Shown one piece after another: positions 30,110-44,960 of a stretch of DNA of 64,000 nt. A program made the position numbers and the translations under genes. Location: NCBI RefSeq assembly GCF_009914755.1, contig NC_060926.1. One strand, written 5' to 3'. The stretch comes from the human T2T-CHM13v2.0 reference genome, Homo sapiens. Below the pieces are notes generated by a model. It had not been told where the DNA came from. It saw only the letters and a program-made list of their open reading frames with translations, and searched no databases. How positions within the stretch are numbered: position 1 is the first letter of the stretch; every line of letters starts with the position of its first letter.

Positions 30110-33100
30110 ACTGTACTATATATTGTGGGAATAAAAAGACAGCCTGCATTTGAAAGGAAATCAGGCTATATGAACCCAAAAATATGACCCCACTCTCATA
30201 TTTTACATACTGTTCTATCAGTCTCCAGATTCCACACAGAACCATAATATATTGTTTAACATACACAGTGTTTGTATGAGCAGGGTTGTAACTCACCAGA
30301 ACTTTCAAAATATCTTAATCTCTTCAGAAATTTTGCAATTAGCAACAATATGCAGGAAGGTATTGTTTAATTGAGTGATGATAATAAAGACATATGTATT
30401 AAGTGCATTAGCAAAGAGTATGAATAAATGGATACAGAAAAATGTTTGGTAACATATAATAGATTTCTCATTATCCTGTGCAGATCTTTCATTAAGGGAA
30501 TATCCACCTAAAATGGATTATTCATCATCGAATGATTAACAGTGAGAATTCTTCTGTAGGAAATATTTTGGAAGTTCTTTTTAGAACATAGAGAAGATGA
30601 TCTGTCCCCAAGAATTCATATTCAAGACAGATTACTCAATGAATGTCATCATTTGGAGACCCCATTCTATAATTGTGAGGAGAGAACACAGTTTTTCAAA
30701 GACTGAAGTCCCTTTCTTCTCTTTCCCACTGTACAACTCCATTCAGGTCTAAAGTTTTGCACCCAAAATTGAATGAGCTTTTAAGCCTTAGATATGATGC
30801 ATCATCATCTTTTACAAGAAGAATGATCTTCCAGTTTCTTCCAAATTAAATCAGCAATAGCGAGCCATTCCATGAAAAACCCAATTATATTATATAAATT
30901 GGGATTAATATATTAAAACGGAGTTTGTATTTGAATGAAATTGCCAAAATAAAGAGCAGAGAGGACAAATGTCTATTATAAGCCATGATGCATATGAAAG
31001 GACCTACACTTACTGCTTACACATGCTACAAAGTGAATTAATGTTGAAGTTCTTTCTTGCTACTCAGTATTCATATTTCCAAGTAAATCCAATTTCAAAT
31101 CCAGTGTATCATGTAGAGGCACATTAAAATTTAAATTCCCTACAACTTTAATAGGCTTATTTTTAACACTACCAGTGATAATCCCAGCTGACTGAGATTT
31201 CCATATAGGTGGGAAGTTGGCTAAGTGGCCTACGAGATCTCTGCCAAATCTGATATTCTTGAGCTTTCTTCTAGGAGCCCATAGTTGACTGCTGTAAAGA
31301 TGGAGCAGCCCGTGCACATTCCTGACAGTATTTTCTTTTGATCCTAAATGTATTTTGCATTTACGAACTCATAAGATAATACCTGCGATGAGGCATTCAG
31401 GTGTTACCTTATGGGTTTGTGAATGCAAAATACCTTTAATTCCCTGTGGAAATCCTAATCCTACATCTTCTGTCCTAAAGCTCACCTTGTCTATGTCAGT
31501 TTAGCTAAAGGTATGTGGCAGCCAGCAAAGTCATGATGTTTGAAAACCAGGAGAATTAAGACATGCTCAGTTTGTGCATTCATTAATCGGCTGTCTGTTC
31601 TCTCTTGTAGGTGCCCAGAGGGCAAGGTCTGGGCCCACTTTAATTGTGGGTGCAATCCATAATATAGAGCCAGTGGCCTATGTGTGCTTAACAAATACCA
31701 TCAGGTAATTAGGATGATGATGGGTAACTGTCTGTTGTTACCACTTGCCAAAGAATTAAACTACATTTACACTTTCAGTAATTATCTCCATGCCAAATTG
31801 TTCCCATGTGAACCCAAACGTTGCAATTTTAGATGGATTCACACTATAGCAGCAATTACTTAATTATTGTACTGTGAGAAGCACCCAGTTTTCAAAAGAA
31901 ACAACTTTCACAACTCATTAGACAAATCTTCTGTCTGCTGTAGGTATTATTACCCAAGTAAGTTGAGGATGGAGCTGGGAGTGGAATTCAAAAATTTTTA
32001 CTGAAGACAGATGGCGCTATAAATACCCTACTTTCCAGAGTCATGGCACTTAAATTCCACTTTCTTTTAAATAAAGCAGTTAGATTGCTAATTTACCCCC
32101 AAGTATGTAAATAAATTATACACACACATGTATTACATCAATAACATTTTGGACTGAATTCTGTGCAATTTCAAAGAAAGGATCTATGGCATTGATTGGG
32201 ATAAGACATACAACTGTATGGACTCAGGCAATGGGGTGGGCCACAGAAAACCCTACTTACTTCTCTTCACTTAATACTGGCCGTCTCCAAATCCCCTGGA
32301 TCAATTACACACAACATTGCATAAGAACGTTTTTATTAATTCTCAGATTAAGTGTCAAATTAGATGGCAGAGGGGAGTGTGTTACAGAAGGGCCGTTCTC
32401 ATAGTATATCAAAGTCACCTATAATCTTCAAGGAGCATTTCACTTTTAAGCATGAGGATACATAAAGTCTCTTTCTGGAAATTATAATTCAGTAAGGAAT
32501 AACTTTTGATAAATGTATATTCTCAAAAAGTGTGGCAAGAAGACAGGTGGCCTAGAAATAGATCTAAACTGTACAGGATGGTTATACATAAACTTCTTCA
32601 CAAACAGACTAAAGTGTCTGTGGTTTTCTTTTTTCCCTGAGTCTGTAATCTTTTATGATGATCATTTCGTTAAAATTTACCACTTGCTAATTTGCATTTT
32701 CTCTGTGGAGCTCGTACTTCCTCCATGTTAATGTAACTTTCCCTTTCTCTGGGCTAATCTTGGTTTGATTGAAACAATGTGGAGTCAAAATGGTGGCCTG
32801 AACATAGAAAACCTTTTATTCCAGAATGTGATATAATTGGCTTCAGGAATCTGCAATGGAACCTCTGAGACAAGGGGAAACAGCACCTAAGAGACCTGCA
32901 GGCAAAGGAAATACCCAGCCCACATGGATCACCCTTCTTGTGCCTTTGGCAAGAATATGACCCAGTGACAGGATTTTGGAAATAGAGCCTTAGAGTGGGC
33001 CTTAGAGTGGATAAAAGTGCCTTTACCAAAATACTGCACTACCTCCAGAGCCACCTAAGACCCTCCTCTCTACACGCATCCTCTTTCCATCTTTACTTCG

Positions 33101-35563
33101 GACCCCATGTTCATTTAACTGCACAGTTTTGTTTTTGTTTTTTTTCTAAACCAAGAGCCTCCCAGAATTGATAGGTAGCTCCATTCTTACTGTGTGACTG
33201 ATCACGGTTAGAGTCTTGCTGTAACTGCAATGTGTTTTTATATGCAAATATAAGAAGAAAAATTAAGGAAGTTCTCTAAGTTACCCAGACAAGTTGCAAT
33301 CAATTCAAATCCATTAATAAGAGTTTTTAAAATCCTATGTTCCTAATCCAACACTATGGGAACACAGAACCTGGTTTATAAATCCAGGAGTTTTAAATAA
33401 ACCAGGTGAAGAATATAACCCCACAAATGTGAAAGTGACAACAAAACAACTTACATTAGAATATGGTGTCACAGAAGTTCAGAGAAAGGAGATCTACTAC
33501 ATGAGAGATCAAACCAATTGAAGAAACCACAGACTCCTTTTAACCTGATGTGTTCCTAGAAAGCCTTAGACTTCTGTTTACTTCATGTGTGAGAAATCTC
33601 TGACCTAGTCTGGAACATGAATAGTTACAGAACATAAATTCTACATTTTATTATTGAGAAATGAGTATACTCTTTGGGAAAATTTCATTTAATAACTGGA
33701 ATCTAATGTGGGGCATGGAGGAATAGCTGGGAAAGTATTCCAAACTTACTTCAGACCCCAGAATGAAGCCAGTGGGCTATCTCCGCTGTTCAGCGTGGGT
33801 GTGAACAGAGATATGATCATAGTGGTAAAAACCAATTGGTTTTCTAAAAAGAAACCTTTGGTAGTCACATTTATTTTTCTTTGTTATGCACTATGATTAA
33901 AATGATACTTACACCACTACATAGTTTAAATTATTTCCTGGAGTGCAGTTGGGCTTTGGAACTTAGTGATCTCAATTTTAAACTAACTCTTGGGGGTGGG
34001 AAGGAATTGGCACTTCATAGTGAAGCATTTCATCACCTAAACTCCCTTGCCCAAAAATAACTCTTTATATTTTAGATATAAAAATTCCATTACTTTAGCC
34101 TGAGATTGAGTTTCATCATTCCATAGGTTCAGTTAACACACTCCAAATGAAAGAATCCAAACAGACATTTGATAAGCTATCTACCATGTATCAAATTCAT
34201 GCCAGTTGATTAGAAGAATATATTATGAAATGATTGACAGTTCTTTGAAAATAACAATTTATTACCTGTCACACTGCTAAAGTATGCTTTTGATATACAG
34301 AAGTGAAATAATATTGAAATAAAACTAACTCTAAGCTGAAACAGGAGTTACAGTATTCCAAATAGATCCCAGATGACTATGAAAAACATATTTGTCTGGG
34401 TAATAATTAAATAAGCGATAGATGGTTATTACATAGATAACAAATTTCAATGCAATATACTATGCAAGTGCTCCTATCCTATTAACATAAAAACAACACT
34501 GAGCTCAGCAACTCAAATGGAATAGATATTTGGAATTCTAAATTTGGAGAGCAATATATGGCAAAAGTTTGGTAATTAGTATTAAGAATCTGACTTATTT
34601 CCTGTGAAGTCAGTGGATTTACCTCTAAGTTTTAGGCCCATCCATTACAGGAAATTTGTTATAATTGGTTCACTTTGGGTTAAATGGTTGATATTTTTAG
34701 CCTCTAAAACCTGTTATTTTGTAGCTGAGGTTTATCCTACTTTCCTGTGTCTTCACAAACTTTCCATTTTAAATTACAGAACCTCCATGCTAATTATAAA
34801 CTTTTATCTTTAAAAGTGGTGCTGCCTTTTAATCATTTGCTGTAGTTGGAGTTTTTTTTCTAAAACCTTAAAGAAGATGGCACTGTTCTTAATTTTGATC
34901 AGGGAAGTTTGTAGAATATAGCAAAAGTTCAAGGTCTTATTAATACTCTGGTAAGCCTTGGTCAAAGGCAGAATTTAATGCACAGCTAAATGTTTAGACA
35001 TGAGAACCTACACTTGCAACATACCAATGTTTCTCTACAGTAGCAAAGGAAATGAAAGTTCCGATTTTGAACTTACCATGGAACATATTGAGTGCTATCT
35101 CTCCCTGTATTAAAATTAGTCACAGTCAGGTTGGCTCTGGCAATGAATAAAGCTATGGTCAGCTCACAGGTGAGCCAGTTAATGTTATTCTTTTTGCCTC
35201 TTTGGTCATTGGCTGTGCTCTGAACTTGAAAGTCTTTGCACCTGGAGGTAGAAGTTGTAAGTGCAAACCCATCACTGGGAGGGGGCCAAACTGCTAAATA
35301 TATATGGCCCAGGGATAGTTTTTCAGTAACCTTAACTCTGAGTGATTAAAAAAACACAGAAATGGGACTGACCATGGGAAATTACATTAACTCTGGTCAT
35401 TAAAGTACCAGTAAGCATAAATAAGAATAATAGTAACAACTATAATTTAGTTAATGCTTCTTAGAACCAGACATTGTCTATGTACTTCCTCCTTCTTTGT
35501 AATATATGTGTTTTTATCTCCATTTTACAGATGAGAAAACTGAGGCTCAAAGACTTTATATCA

Positions 35564-35907
<344 letters not shown>

Positions 35908-35984
35908 TTAGCATTAGAAAATAAAAATAAATTAAAAATAAAAAATAAAATGGGTGTGCCTCATCCTAAAGCCCATACTGTAAT

Positions 35985-36171
35985 CCAGGGGCTTTGGGAA
36001 CTTGATCTGTAAACCAAAAACATCAGAATCACCTAAGAAGCTTCTTAGACCCCAGGAGCCAAGATTTGATTCTGTAAACTTAGGGCAAGTCTAGGAATCT
36101 GGTGCCCTTTTTTGTTGTTTTTAAACAACTCCCCAAGTAATTCTGACCCTGATTCAGGCTTGGAAACTACT
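35985..36171. mobile_element. MER5A-like hAT-Charlie fossil
   Basis: CATCAGAATCACCT...TTTAAACAACTCCCCAAGTAATTCTGA...GGAAACTACTG. Confidence 0.7.
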
Positions 36172-36592
36172 GCTTGAAGTGGTTCCCCAACCTCACTCAC
36201 ACCGATAATGGTATTATCTGTACAGTTCACAGGGAAAAGTGGACAAGGCTGTTCCCAGGCAGTGGAGACAGGCCTGGAGTCTCTGATCATTCTGGTCTTC
36301 CCCTGGCCTTAGGGCTCAACATCCCAGCACATTCCTTGCTTTGAGAAAGATTCAGTTTTTTATTTATAAAACAGGAAGCTTTGGACAGGAAGACCTTTTC
36401 TAGCTCTAAAATTCTGTGGACTATCAGAAAAAGTGCATTCCAGACTTGGAGGCAATCTCAGTACAGTTCTGCCTCGGGTTGATAGTGAATTCCTTTATTT
36501 AAGGGCATTATGATAAGATGCCTGCTCTAGGCTTTCCTACATCCTCCATTATTTCTATAGCACTTCTTCTGCCCTGCCCAGAAGGGCAGCTA

Positions 36593-36840
36593 CTCAGCTA
36601 CTCAGGAGGCTAAGGCAGGAGAATCGCTTCAACCTTGGAGGCAGAGTTTGCAGTGAACCAAGATCATGCCACTGCACAATGATGTTTAATGGAGCATTAT
36701 TTATAATACCAAAACATATGGAAATAATATAAATGTTCAACAATTGTTTCTCAATTGGTATATTTCCATATGATGAAATACTGCATAGTTATTAAAAATC
36801 ATCTTGCAGAAAAGAATTGATATGACAATGTTCAAAACAC
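36593..36840 (+). repeat. Composite local duplication of 35774-35857 and 37526-37693
   Basis: Direct comparison: ~85 bp matches the upstream Alu, 168 bp matches the downstream L1M fragment with 2 mismatches. The two parts overlap at TGCAC. Confidence 0.92.
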
Positions 36841-37345
36841 CACATAAAGAGAAACTACTCAGTAAATGTTCTCTTATGAATAAAGCAAGGTCATTTTTAT
36901 GTAGTTACCCTTAATGAAAGAGAATTTTTCTAATGGTTTGGGTCTAGGTATTTGGATCAAGAAAGTTAAAAAGTTGTTGATATGAGGAAGAGGGAATTAG
37001 CCAGAATACACATTCCTAACTAAGAGTCCATAATGACGGCCTTGAAAGGAATTGAGTTATTCCCTCTGCATGCTCTTTCTCTCTTAGGTATATCCATGGG
37101 TCTTATCACCCAACACAGGAAGCTGGGCATCATCCCAGATGCCTACCTGTTTTTGATCTACCACCTTTAGTGAGTCACCAATTATTCTCCATTGAACTAC
37201 AGAAACAGCCTTCTCATGTGTCTCCTGGCCCATAACCTCACCCCTGTTCAGTACAATGCTCAGTTTTTTTGGGGGTAATTTGGCAATATGTTATCAAATT
37301 CATGATAAATTGCTTCTACTCCCTCAACCAACAATTAGGTTTTTA

Positions 37346-37549
<204 letters not shown>

Positions 37550-38820
37550 TTATTTATAATACCAAAACATATGGAAATAATATAAATGTCCAACAATTGT
37601 TTCTCAATTGGTATATTTCCACATGATGAAATACTGCATAGTTATTAAAAATCATCTTGCAGAAAAGAATTGATATGACAATGTTCAAAACACACCTACT
37701 GCTAAGTAAAACAGCAGGTTATTGAGTAGCAAGTATGACATGTAACTATTTCTAAATACATATATGTGCATATAGATATTTACATATATCAGACACATAA
37801 ATAGAAAAGTGATCAGAAGGATCCACATCAAAATGTTAACAGTAGTTTTCTCTGAGTTGTTGGAGCGTAAGTACATTGGGGTTTCCACTGTATGCATCCA
37901 GTGTATTTTATCTTACAAAGGAAAGTGTATTATTAAAATACATCCACACAAATCTGATTTTGTAAGTTCCTCAGGAGATCCCCACTACATTAAAATCGAA
38001 GTCCTGAACATGACACCTGAGAGTAGAGCTTAGCTTCTGCCTAGCCCCTGCATCCTCAAGGCCTAGGCCCGTTCCATTCACTCCCCTCTATTGTACTCTC
38101 AGACCTGCTTCCTCTCTCACCGGCTGTCACTTTGCAATTGCTGAGCCCTCTCCTTGTAATGTCCTCTGCCTTTCTGTGATTAGCAAACTCTATCTGGCCT
38201 TTCAAAGACCACCTCAGAGAGGCTACCCTGCCCCATTCCTCAGAGGTGGTCACTAGCTCCTTTGGGCTACCTACAAGTATCTCCATGTTTGCATGCACCC
38301 CACTCAACTATAGTTTTAGGTTGACTTTTCTGTTTTTACTCCAATTCCCTAAGAAATTGAGCCCCGAGAAAGCTAGGACCAGGTCTTGATCTCTCCTGCA
38401 TCAAACACCGAAGCAGGAACATTGTAGAGGCTCAAAAAATATGTGTTGGAATGAAGCAAATGACAGAAATCTAAAGAAGGAATTTCTGTTTCCTATGCAT
38501 TTTTGAGTTATGCTTCAGGTTCATAGACCACTTTGTCCACTTTTATTTACTCCATGGTCTAAACTTTTGGATCCAATGTAATTTGCATGCCCAAACTACA
38601 AGCTTAAGCACTTTGAATAACTAATTTTCATCAATCAGCTTATTAAAAATAGTAAAATGACCCACATATACAAACATAGGCCAAAAGCTAAGAAATAAAA
38701 AATAAAGAAGTTATTTCTATGAGTAAAATAGTTTTGAGGCCTAAATAAAAGTGTGGAATTTGCTATAGTGCATTTGTTTTTGGTTAAATATTTTGATAAG
38801 AAATAAAGGTGGCCAATTTT

Positions 38821-39121
<301 letters not shown>

Positions 39122-42100
39122 TGACAGAATAGCCACACATTTTAAGATTATGTGTTTCTAGGTAAATATTTTCCTCCTAAATAATGAAAAATCACTTCTA
39201 ACCATGTCAATATTACAATGGTAAAGTAGGTCCAAGAATATCACAAAACTGGAAATAAAAATTGCTTGTAGTTTGCTCCCTTTCCCAGAATTTCTCAAAA
39301 TTGGAATTGAAATATCATAAGCACTTACAAAACTGTTGTATACTCTACTTTCATCATAATAATGTGGGTAACTCTTCCTTATAACTACGGTCAATCATTA
39401 TCATGGTAGCAAATATAGCTCTGTGCATTCTCAATGCTCTTCCTCTACACTACAGATGTGCATAACTTGATGAGATTGATATTTAATGAGCAATTGTCTA
39501 ATAACTTAAAAAAAACAAATTATTAACCAATCAGCAGCAGAGCAAGAGACACAAAAGATTTCACTAATAGGATTCATTTAAATGGAATACTGGGCTGACT
39601 CTCAAAAAAATTCTCAACTCATGTATTTGCATTATTAAAATAGCTTCTATTAAAATATAGCAACACTCATAAGGTACATTTTATACTGTTATCTTAAAAT
39701 GCGGAACACACTAGGGAAAGTAGCAGAGGAGAACATACAAGACCAAGAATGGCAAAAGATGAAATCATCCAGATTTTTTTTCTTTTTTGAGGTATCATAG
39801 GTCAGACCGGCTTCATTCTTTTAAGGCCTCAATGATATTCTACCAGGCATTAATTTAAAGCCTCAAGCCACCTTGAGTCACTCAATAGAAACAAAAATCT
39901 AAGCAGGGGGCAGAGAAGACTAGTAATTTTTCAAGAAAGAGAGAAATGCAACTGGAGAGAATAAGATGTGTTTTGTTCCACTAGAAATATGACTCCACTC
40001 TCCCAATCTAACCAGGGCTCGTTTTTTGTAATATGAATAATATCACTATAACTCATTAGAATTGTCTACATTTTAATTTGAAAAATAGTTGGTATGTTAA
40101 TCTTAAATAGCCTGTCTTCTGGACCAACAGAAGGAGTTACAAAAGAAGTCATTTACAGTGGCGTAATTAAGGCTTGTGAGAAGCATATTTAGTAATGCGT
40201 TGCTGTTCTCCTTTCCATCCAATGGCCTTGTTGGTATATAGATCTACCATTTGATCAGTGCTTCTGCCCCAGGGGCTTCATGGTCTGCAAGCCACAACCT
40301 ACTAATAAGCACCCTCCAGCTTGTTTGCTAAACAGATCAGTCCTGGCAGGCACCCAAAAACTCCAGTCCTTGAAACTTGGAGCTCTTTAACTTGCATGGC
40401 CCATTGTGTGGCAAGCAAGAGAATAAACTATGTACCTCATAAATGCAGAGCAATTATAGATGAGTTAGTAATACAGCTGTGGCTCAAAAGATTGCTTACC
40501 TAAACCAAATCGAGGCTTAATTTATTTTTGTATTGTCTTTGTTAAAAACCAAACAAACTGCTCTGCAGTGCTTGTATACACAATAAAGAAAATGGCTGTG
40601 TTTTCCTTACAAACAAGATGGCAACTCTGGCTACAAGAAATCATCCTCAGTAGCTGGAGGTTTTTGTATTAGGGTCTGAACCAAGCCATTTCTTGCTGTA
40701 TTTATTAGGTTGTTTGAGGAAACAGGATAGAATACTTTCTTTGGTAGAAGTGCAATGTGTTGGGGGCTGGGCATTGTACAGTACATTCTGTTTTCTGTTA
40801 TAGATACCAGATTAGATACTGTCAACTTCAAGTACAAGAATGTAAAAATGAAGTAGACTGAAATGACAAAGTAGCTTGCATTTGTGTACATTAATCTGCC
40901 AATGATTATGACGTATAGAAGTAGGCTTCTTTTAGAAAACACTGTTATATGCATATTAATACTTGCCAATTTGTAAATTCTCACAATACAAAAACAAAAC
41001 AAAACAAAAAAGCAAAATCATTAGGTTTGTGGCAGTATCAGTTACCTGGAAGTGGCTTAGTAAAGCAATAGCGTATACTTTTTACTCCATGACTAAGGTT
41101 TTTCATACTCTTTTAGCATCTATCCTGTGATAAGTGCATTGAGTGACAAATCTTATATTCTTGAGAAAGTGCTGTGAGAGACTTGGTATCTTAATTTTAG
41201 GAAGTCTATAATAATTTTGAAAATGTCTACACGGATAATTATAGGTAATAAAAACATTACAAGATTGGTTCAAAGGAGATAGCACCTAGACCTGGTTCTA
41301 TTGTTTATTAACCATATGACCTTACTGAACCTCAGTATCCTCATCTGTAAAATGGAGTAATTTCTGCCTATCTCAGAGGGATGCTGAGCAGAGGAAATAA
41401 ATTATCAGAGCATTAGTACTTAGTAATGTGCAGACATCTACACATGCAAACTCTTGTTGCTAAACAGAACAAACTTAGAGAATGATCAGGTACATATTTG
41501 TATGGCTGTGAACCACTGGACAGATTTCTTTGAAACCAACTGTTAATAATCCTAATCGGCTTCATCTGGGGATTGGAATATGGGTTTAGGATGTGTAGAG
41601 AATTTATATCATCTCCTCTTAGCTTCTGAAGTGGGAAATGACCCCAACAACTGGTGCTTTGTAGATTGGCCTGACAGCAGAGAGAGGTAAGGATTGGGTA
41701 TTTAATTCCAAGGTCTGTGGCCACCTCTGGGACTGCAGCCAAAAGGAAAGAAATGTGAGAAAAAAGGTTTAAAATTACACTAAGAATGCAAGTTGCCCTT
41801 GCCCCCTGAGCAGTCTTAGGAAAGCTCAGCCTGGGACCCTGCACTGGAGCTGGAAGGATGTGAGACTCCTGCCTTGGCCTGTTCAGGGCAGCTGTTCTAC
41901 TTATATTCAGACCTACCAGGTGTTTTGTCGTTGCAGTTATTTTGTTTTATTTTTCAAATCCCTGATTTTGTTCTACAAGTGCAGATATTTCAGATGAAGA
42001 GATGACTAGATGCTCCAGTTATTAGCTACAATTTTTGAGGTACCCAATCTGATGTGCACAACCAGGTTTCAAGTGGATGAATACTTTGGGCTTTTCCCTG

Positions 42101-42144
42101 ACATGTGGTCAGTGTTTGCCTTCCTGCTTCTAATCTTAGGTAGT

Positions 42145-42930
42145 ACATTAATCAGCTATTGCTTCAATAATGCTACATAATAAACCTGTCCCAAAATTCA
42201 TTGACTAGCCATGCACAGAGACTCACACCTGTAATCCAAGCACTTTGGAAGGCTGAGGCAAGAGGATTGCATGAGTCCAGGAGTCTGAGATCAGCCTGGG
42301 CAACATAGTGAGAACCCATCTCTGCAAAAAAATAAAAAATTAAAAAACTAGCTGGGCATTGTGGCATGTGCTTGTAGTCCCAGTTACTCAGGAGGTTGAG
42401 GCAGGAGGATTGCTTGAACCCAGGAGGTTGAGGCTGCAGTGAGCTGTGATTGCACCACTACACTCCAGCCTGGGTGACAGAGTAAGACCCTGTCTCAAAA
42501 AAAATTAATTAATTAAAAAATATTCATTGACTTAAAACAGCAAGCATTTATTTCTCAGTAAGGTCTACAGCCAGCTGCAACTTGGCCAGACGAGGCTGAA
42601 CTCCAGTCTCTGGGATCTAGCTGCAGGTTTGGTATAGATCTGTTTCACATATCTTCTATCTTGCTTGGATTAGTGACTACCCAGGAAATGCCCTTTTCAT
42701 ATAAAATGGCAGAGGCTTACAGCACTGGCCCAGAATGCACACACTAACGTTTCCACCCATATTCCATTGGCCAAAGCAAGTCAAGCGACTAATCCCAACA
42801 TCCATCAAGCAATAAAATATGTTTCATTTCTAGTAGAAAGAACTTCAAAATCACAAGACAAAGGGAGTTGGTGAATAATTCTAATAGAGGGAAGGCATGA
42901 CAAATTGGAACAATAATATAATCTACCACA
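42145..42930 (-). mobile_element. MLT1-family LTR interrupted by AluJ
   Basis: CTTAAAACAGCAAGCATTTATT and CCATTGGCCAAAGCAAGTCA motifs. Confidence 0.65.
42207..42520 (+). mobile_element. AluJ
   Basis: AluJ dimer with flanking repeat ATTCATTGACT. Confidence 0.9.
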
Positions 42931-43029
42931 CATGTTTTATCAAAGGGAGCTTTTATTTTATATATCTAATTTTTAAACATCACTAATAACATTTACTTAC
43001 ACTCTGAAATCACCATAATTTAAATAATC

Positions 43030-43153
43030 CATGTGGCTATTGGGCACTTGGAACATGGCTAGCCCAAAATGAGATGTATTATAAGTTTAAAATGCACACC
43101 AGATTTTGATGACTTTGTATGTAAGAAAATATTGTAAAATATCTCTTAATAAT
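43030..43153 (+). mobile_element. MER33-like fragment
   Basis: CATGTGGCTATTGGGCACTTG...AAAATGCACACCAGATTT; similar to the copy at 50926-51243. Confidence 0.65.
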
Positions 43154-44672
43154 AAAAATAGGGGAGAAAGTCATTGAAAGTGGATGGAGAGAGGACAGAG
43201 ACTCTGGGCTGAAGGGAGAGGAAGCTGGGAACCCTGCATGGGGTTGCCGAGCACCAGGACTCATTCCTGGCCCCAAGCAGCTCCTGGGGAAGGGGTGACT
43301 TGAATGAGTGTAGAGTGACCCACTATCACCACAGACATCCAGAATCCTAGCTCCAGGAGACCCCACGACCCCCACAGACATTTGAGCTGGCAGGGAGAGC
43401 TGCTTGGAGAGTTGACAGGAACAAGACTCCAGCCTGTGCAGAGTGCAGAAGGTTTGGTGCAGGAACAGCTGTATTGGAGCAAGGGCAGAGATGCCCATCC
43501 CCAAGGATCACCATACTCCTCTAGGTGGCTTTTGCCTTTGTTGACTGTCAGAACTGGACAGAACAGAGCTATCTTGCCCATGGGACCGAGGCAGTCTAAT
43601 CTGAGCACCCTCCTGTCTGCTGGCCTGTCCTGGGGTTCTGCCTGGCTGCACCTGCTTACAACACAGCCTCAGGTGCCTAACTGGGGCACTTCCCAGCAGC
43701 CATTGCCACAGCTCCTTCACCAGCAGACCCTGCCTAGCCATTGGAGAGTTTCCACAGATAGGCCCCCCTCAGTAGGCACTCTCCCGCAGCTTCCCACACC
43801 ACTTTTCCAGGGCACACACATGCACATGGCGCCACCTTGCCACTAGGGCAAGCGTGCATGGGCAGCCCCCACCACCCTGCCACTGTTGGCTCAAGCACGC
43901 ATACATGGACCCCACAGCACCACCACCCTGCTGCCACTGGCACACATGCATGCAGACCCTGCTGCACTGTTGCTCTGCTGCAGCCAGTGCACATGAACAT
44001 GGACCCTGCTGCCACCACCTCGATGAAGAGTTTTTGCCAGCAACCTCCCTCCCCCTGCCATTGAAGTGTTGTTGCCGGCAGACTGGGGACACCTAGGCCT
44101 CTTCAACACAGCAGGGCCTTAACCTTCAGGGGCCAGAGAAGAATGCCATGAGCCTGGTCCCAGTGCCCCAGGATGACAGCACACTTCCCAGGAGTGCTGA
44201 GCTGAGCCTTGGCCACCTGAAATTGTGCAGAAACAAAGCCAGTCAACTGAATCCAACGTATAACACCAACCCTCAAGGTCATCAAAGAATATAAAAGCAA
44301 AAAAAAAAAATCCATCCAAAGGACAGCAACTTCAAAGATTAAAAGAACATCAGTTTACACAGATGAGAATGAACTAGTGCAAAAACTCTGGCAACTCAAA
44401 AAGCCAGAGTGCCTTCTTCCCTCCAAATGACTGCACTAGCTCCCCAGCAATGGTTTTTGGCCAGGCTGAAAAGGATGAAATGATAGATGTAGAATTCAGA
44501 ATCTGGATAGCAATGAAGATTATTGAGATTCAGGAGAAAGTTGAAACCCAATCCAAGAAACCTAAAGAATCCAGTAAAATAATTCCAGAGCTGAAAGCCA
44601 AAATAGCCATTTGAAGAAAGAACCAAACTAATCTGATACAGCTGAAAAATTCACTACAAGAATTTCATAATA

Positions 44673-44960
<288 letters not shown>

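Noticed and set aside
32987-33010. 12-bp tandem duplication GCCTTAGAGTGG
   Set aside because: Ordinary slippage duplication with no further structure.
35076-35104. Possible 28-nt minus-strand micro-exon (tacag ... ATG/gtaagt)
   Set aside because: Isolated splice-like motifs are common by chance, and the pyrimidine tract is weak.
43079-44319. Dense cluster of overlapping ORFs
   Set aside because: GC-rich L1 5' UTR with few stop codons.
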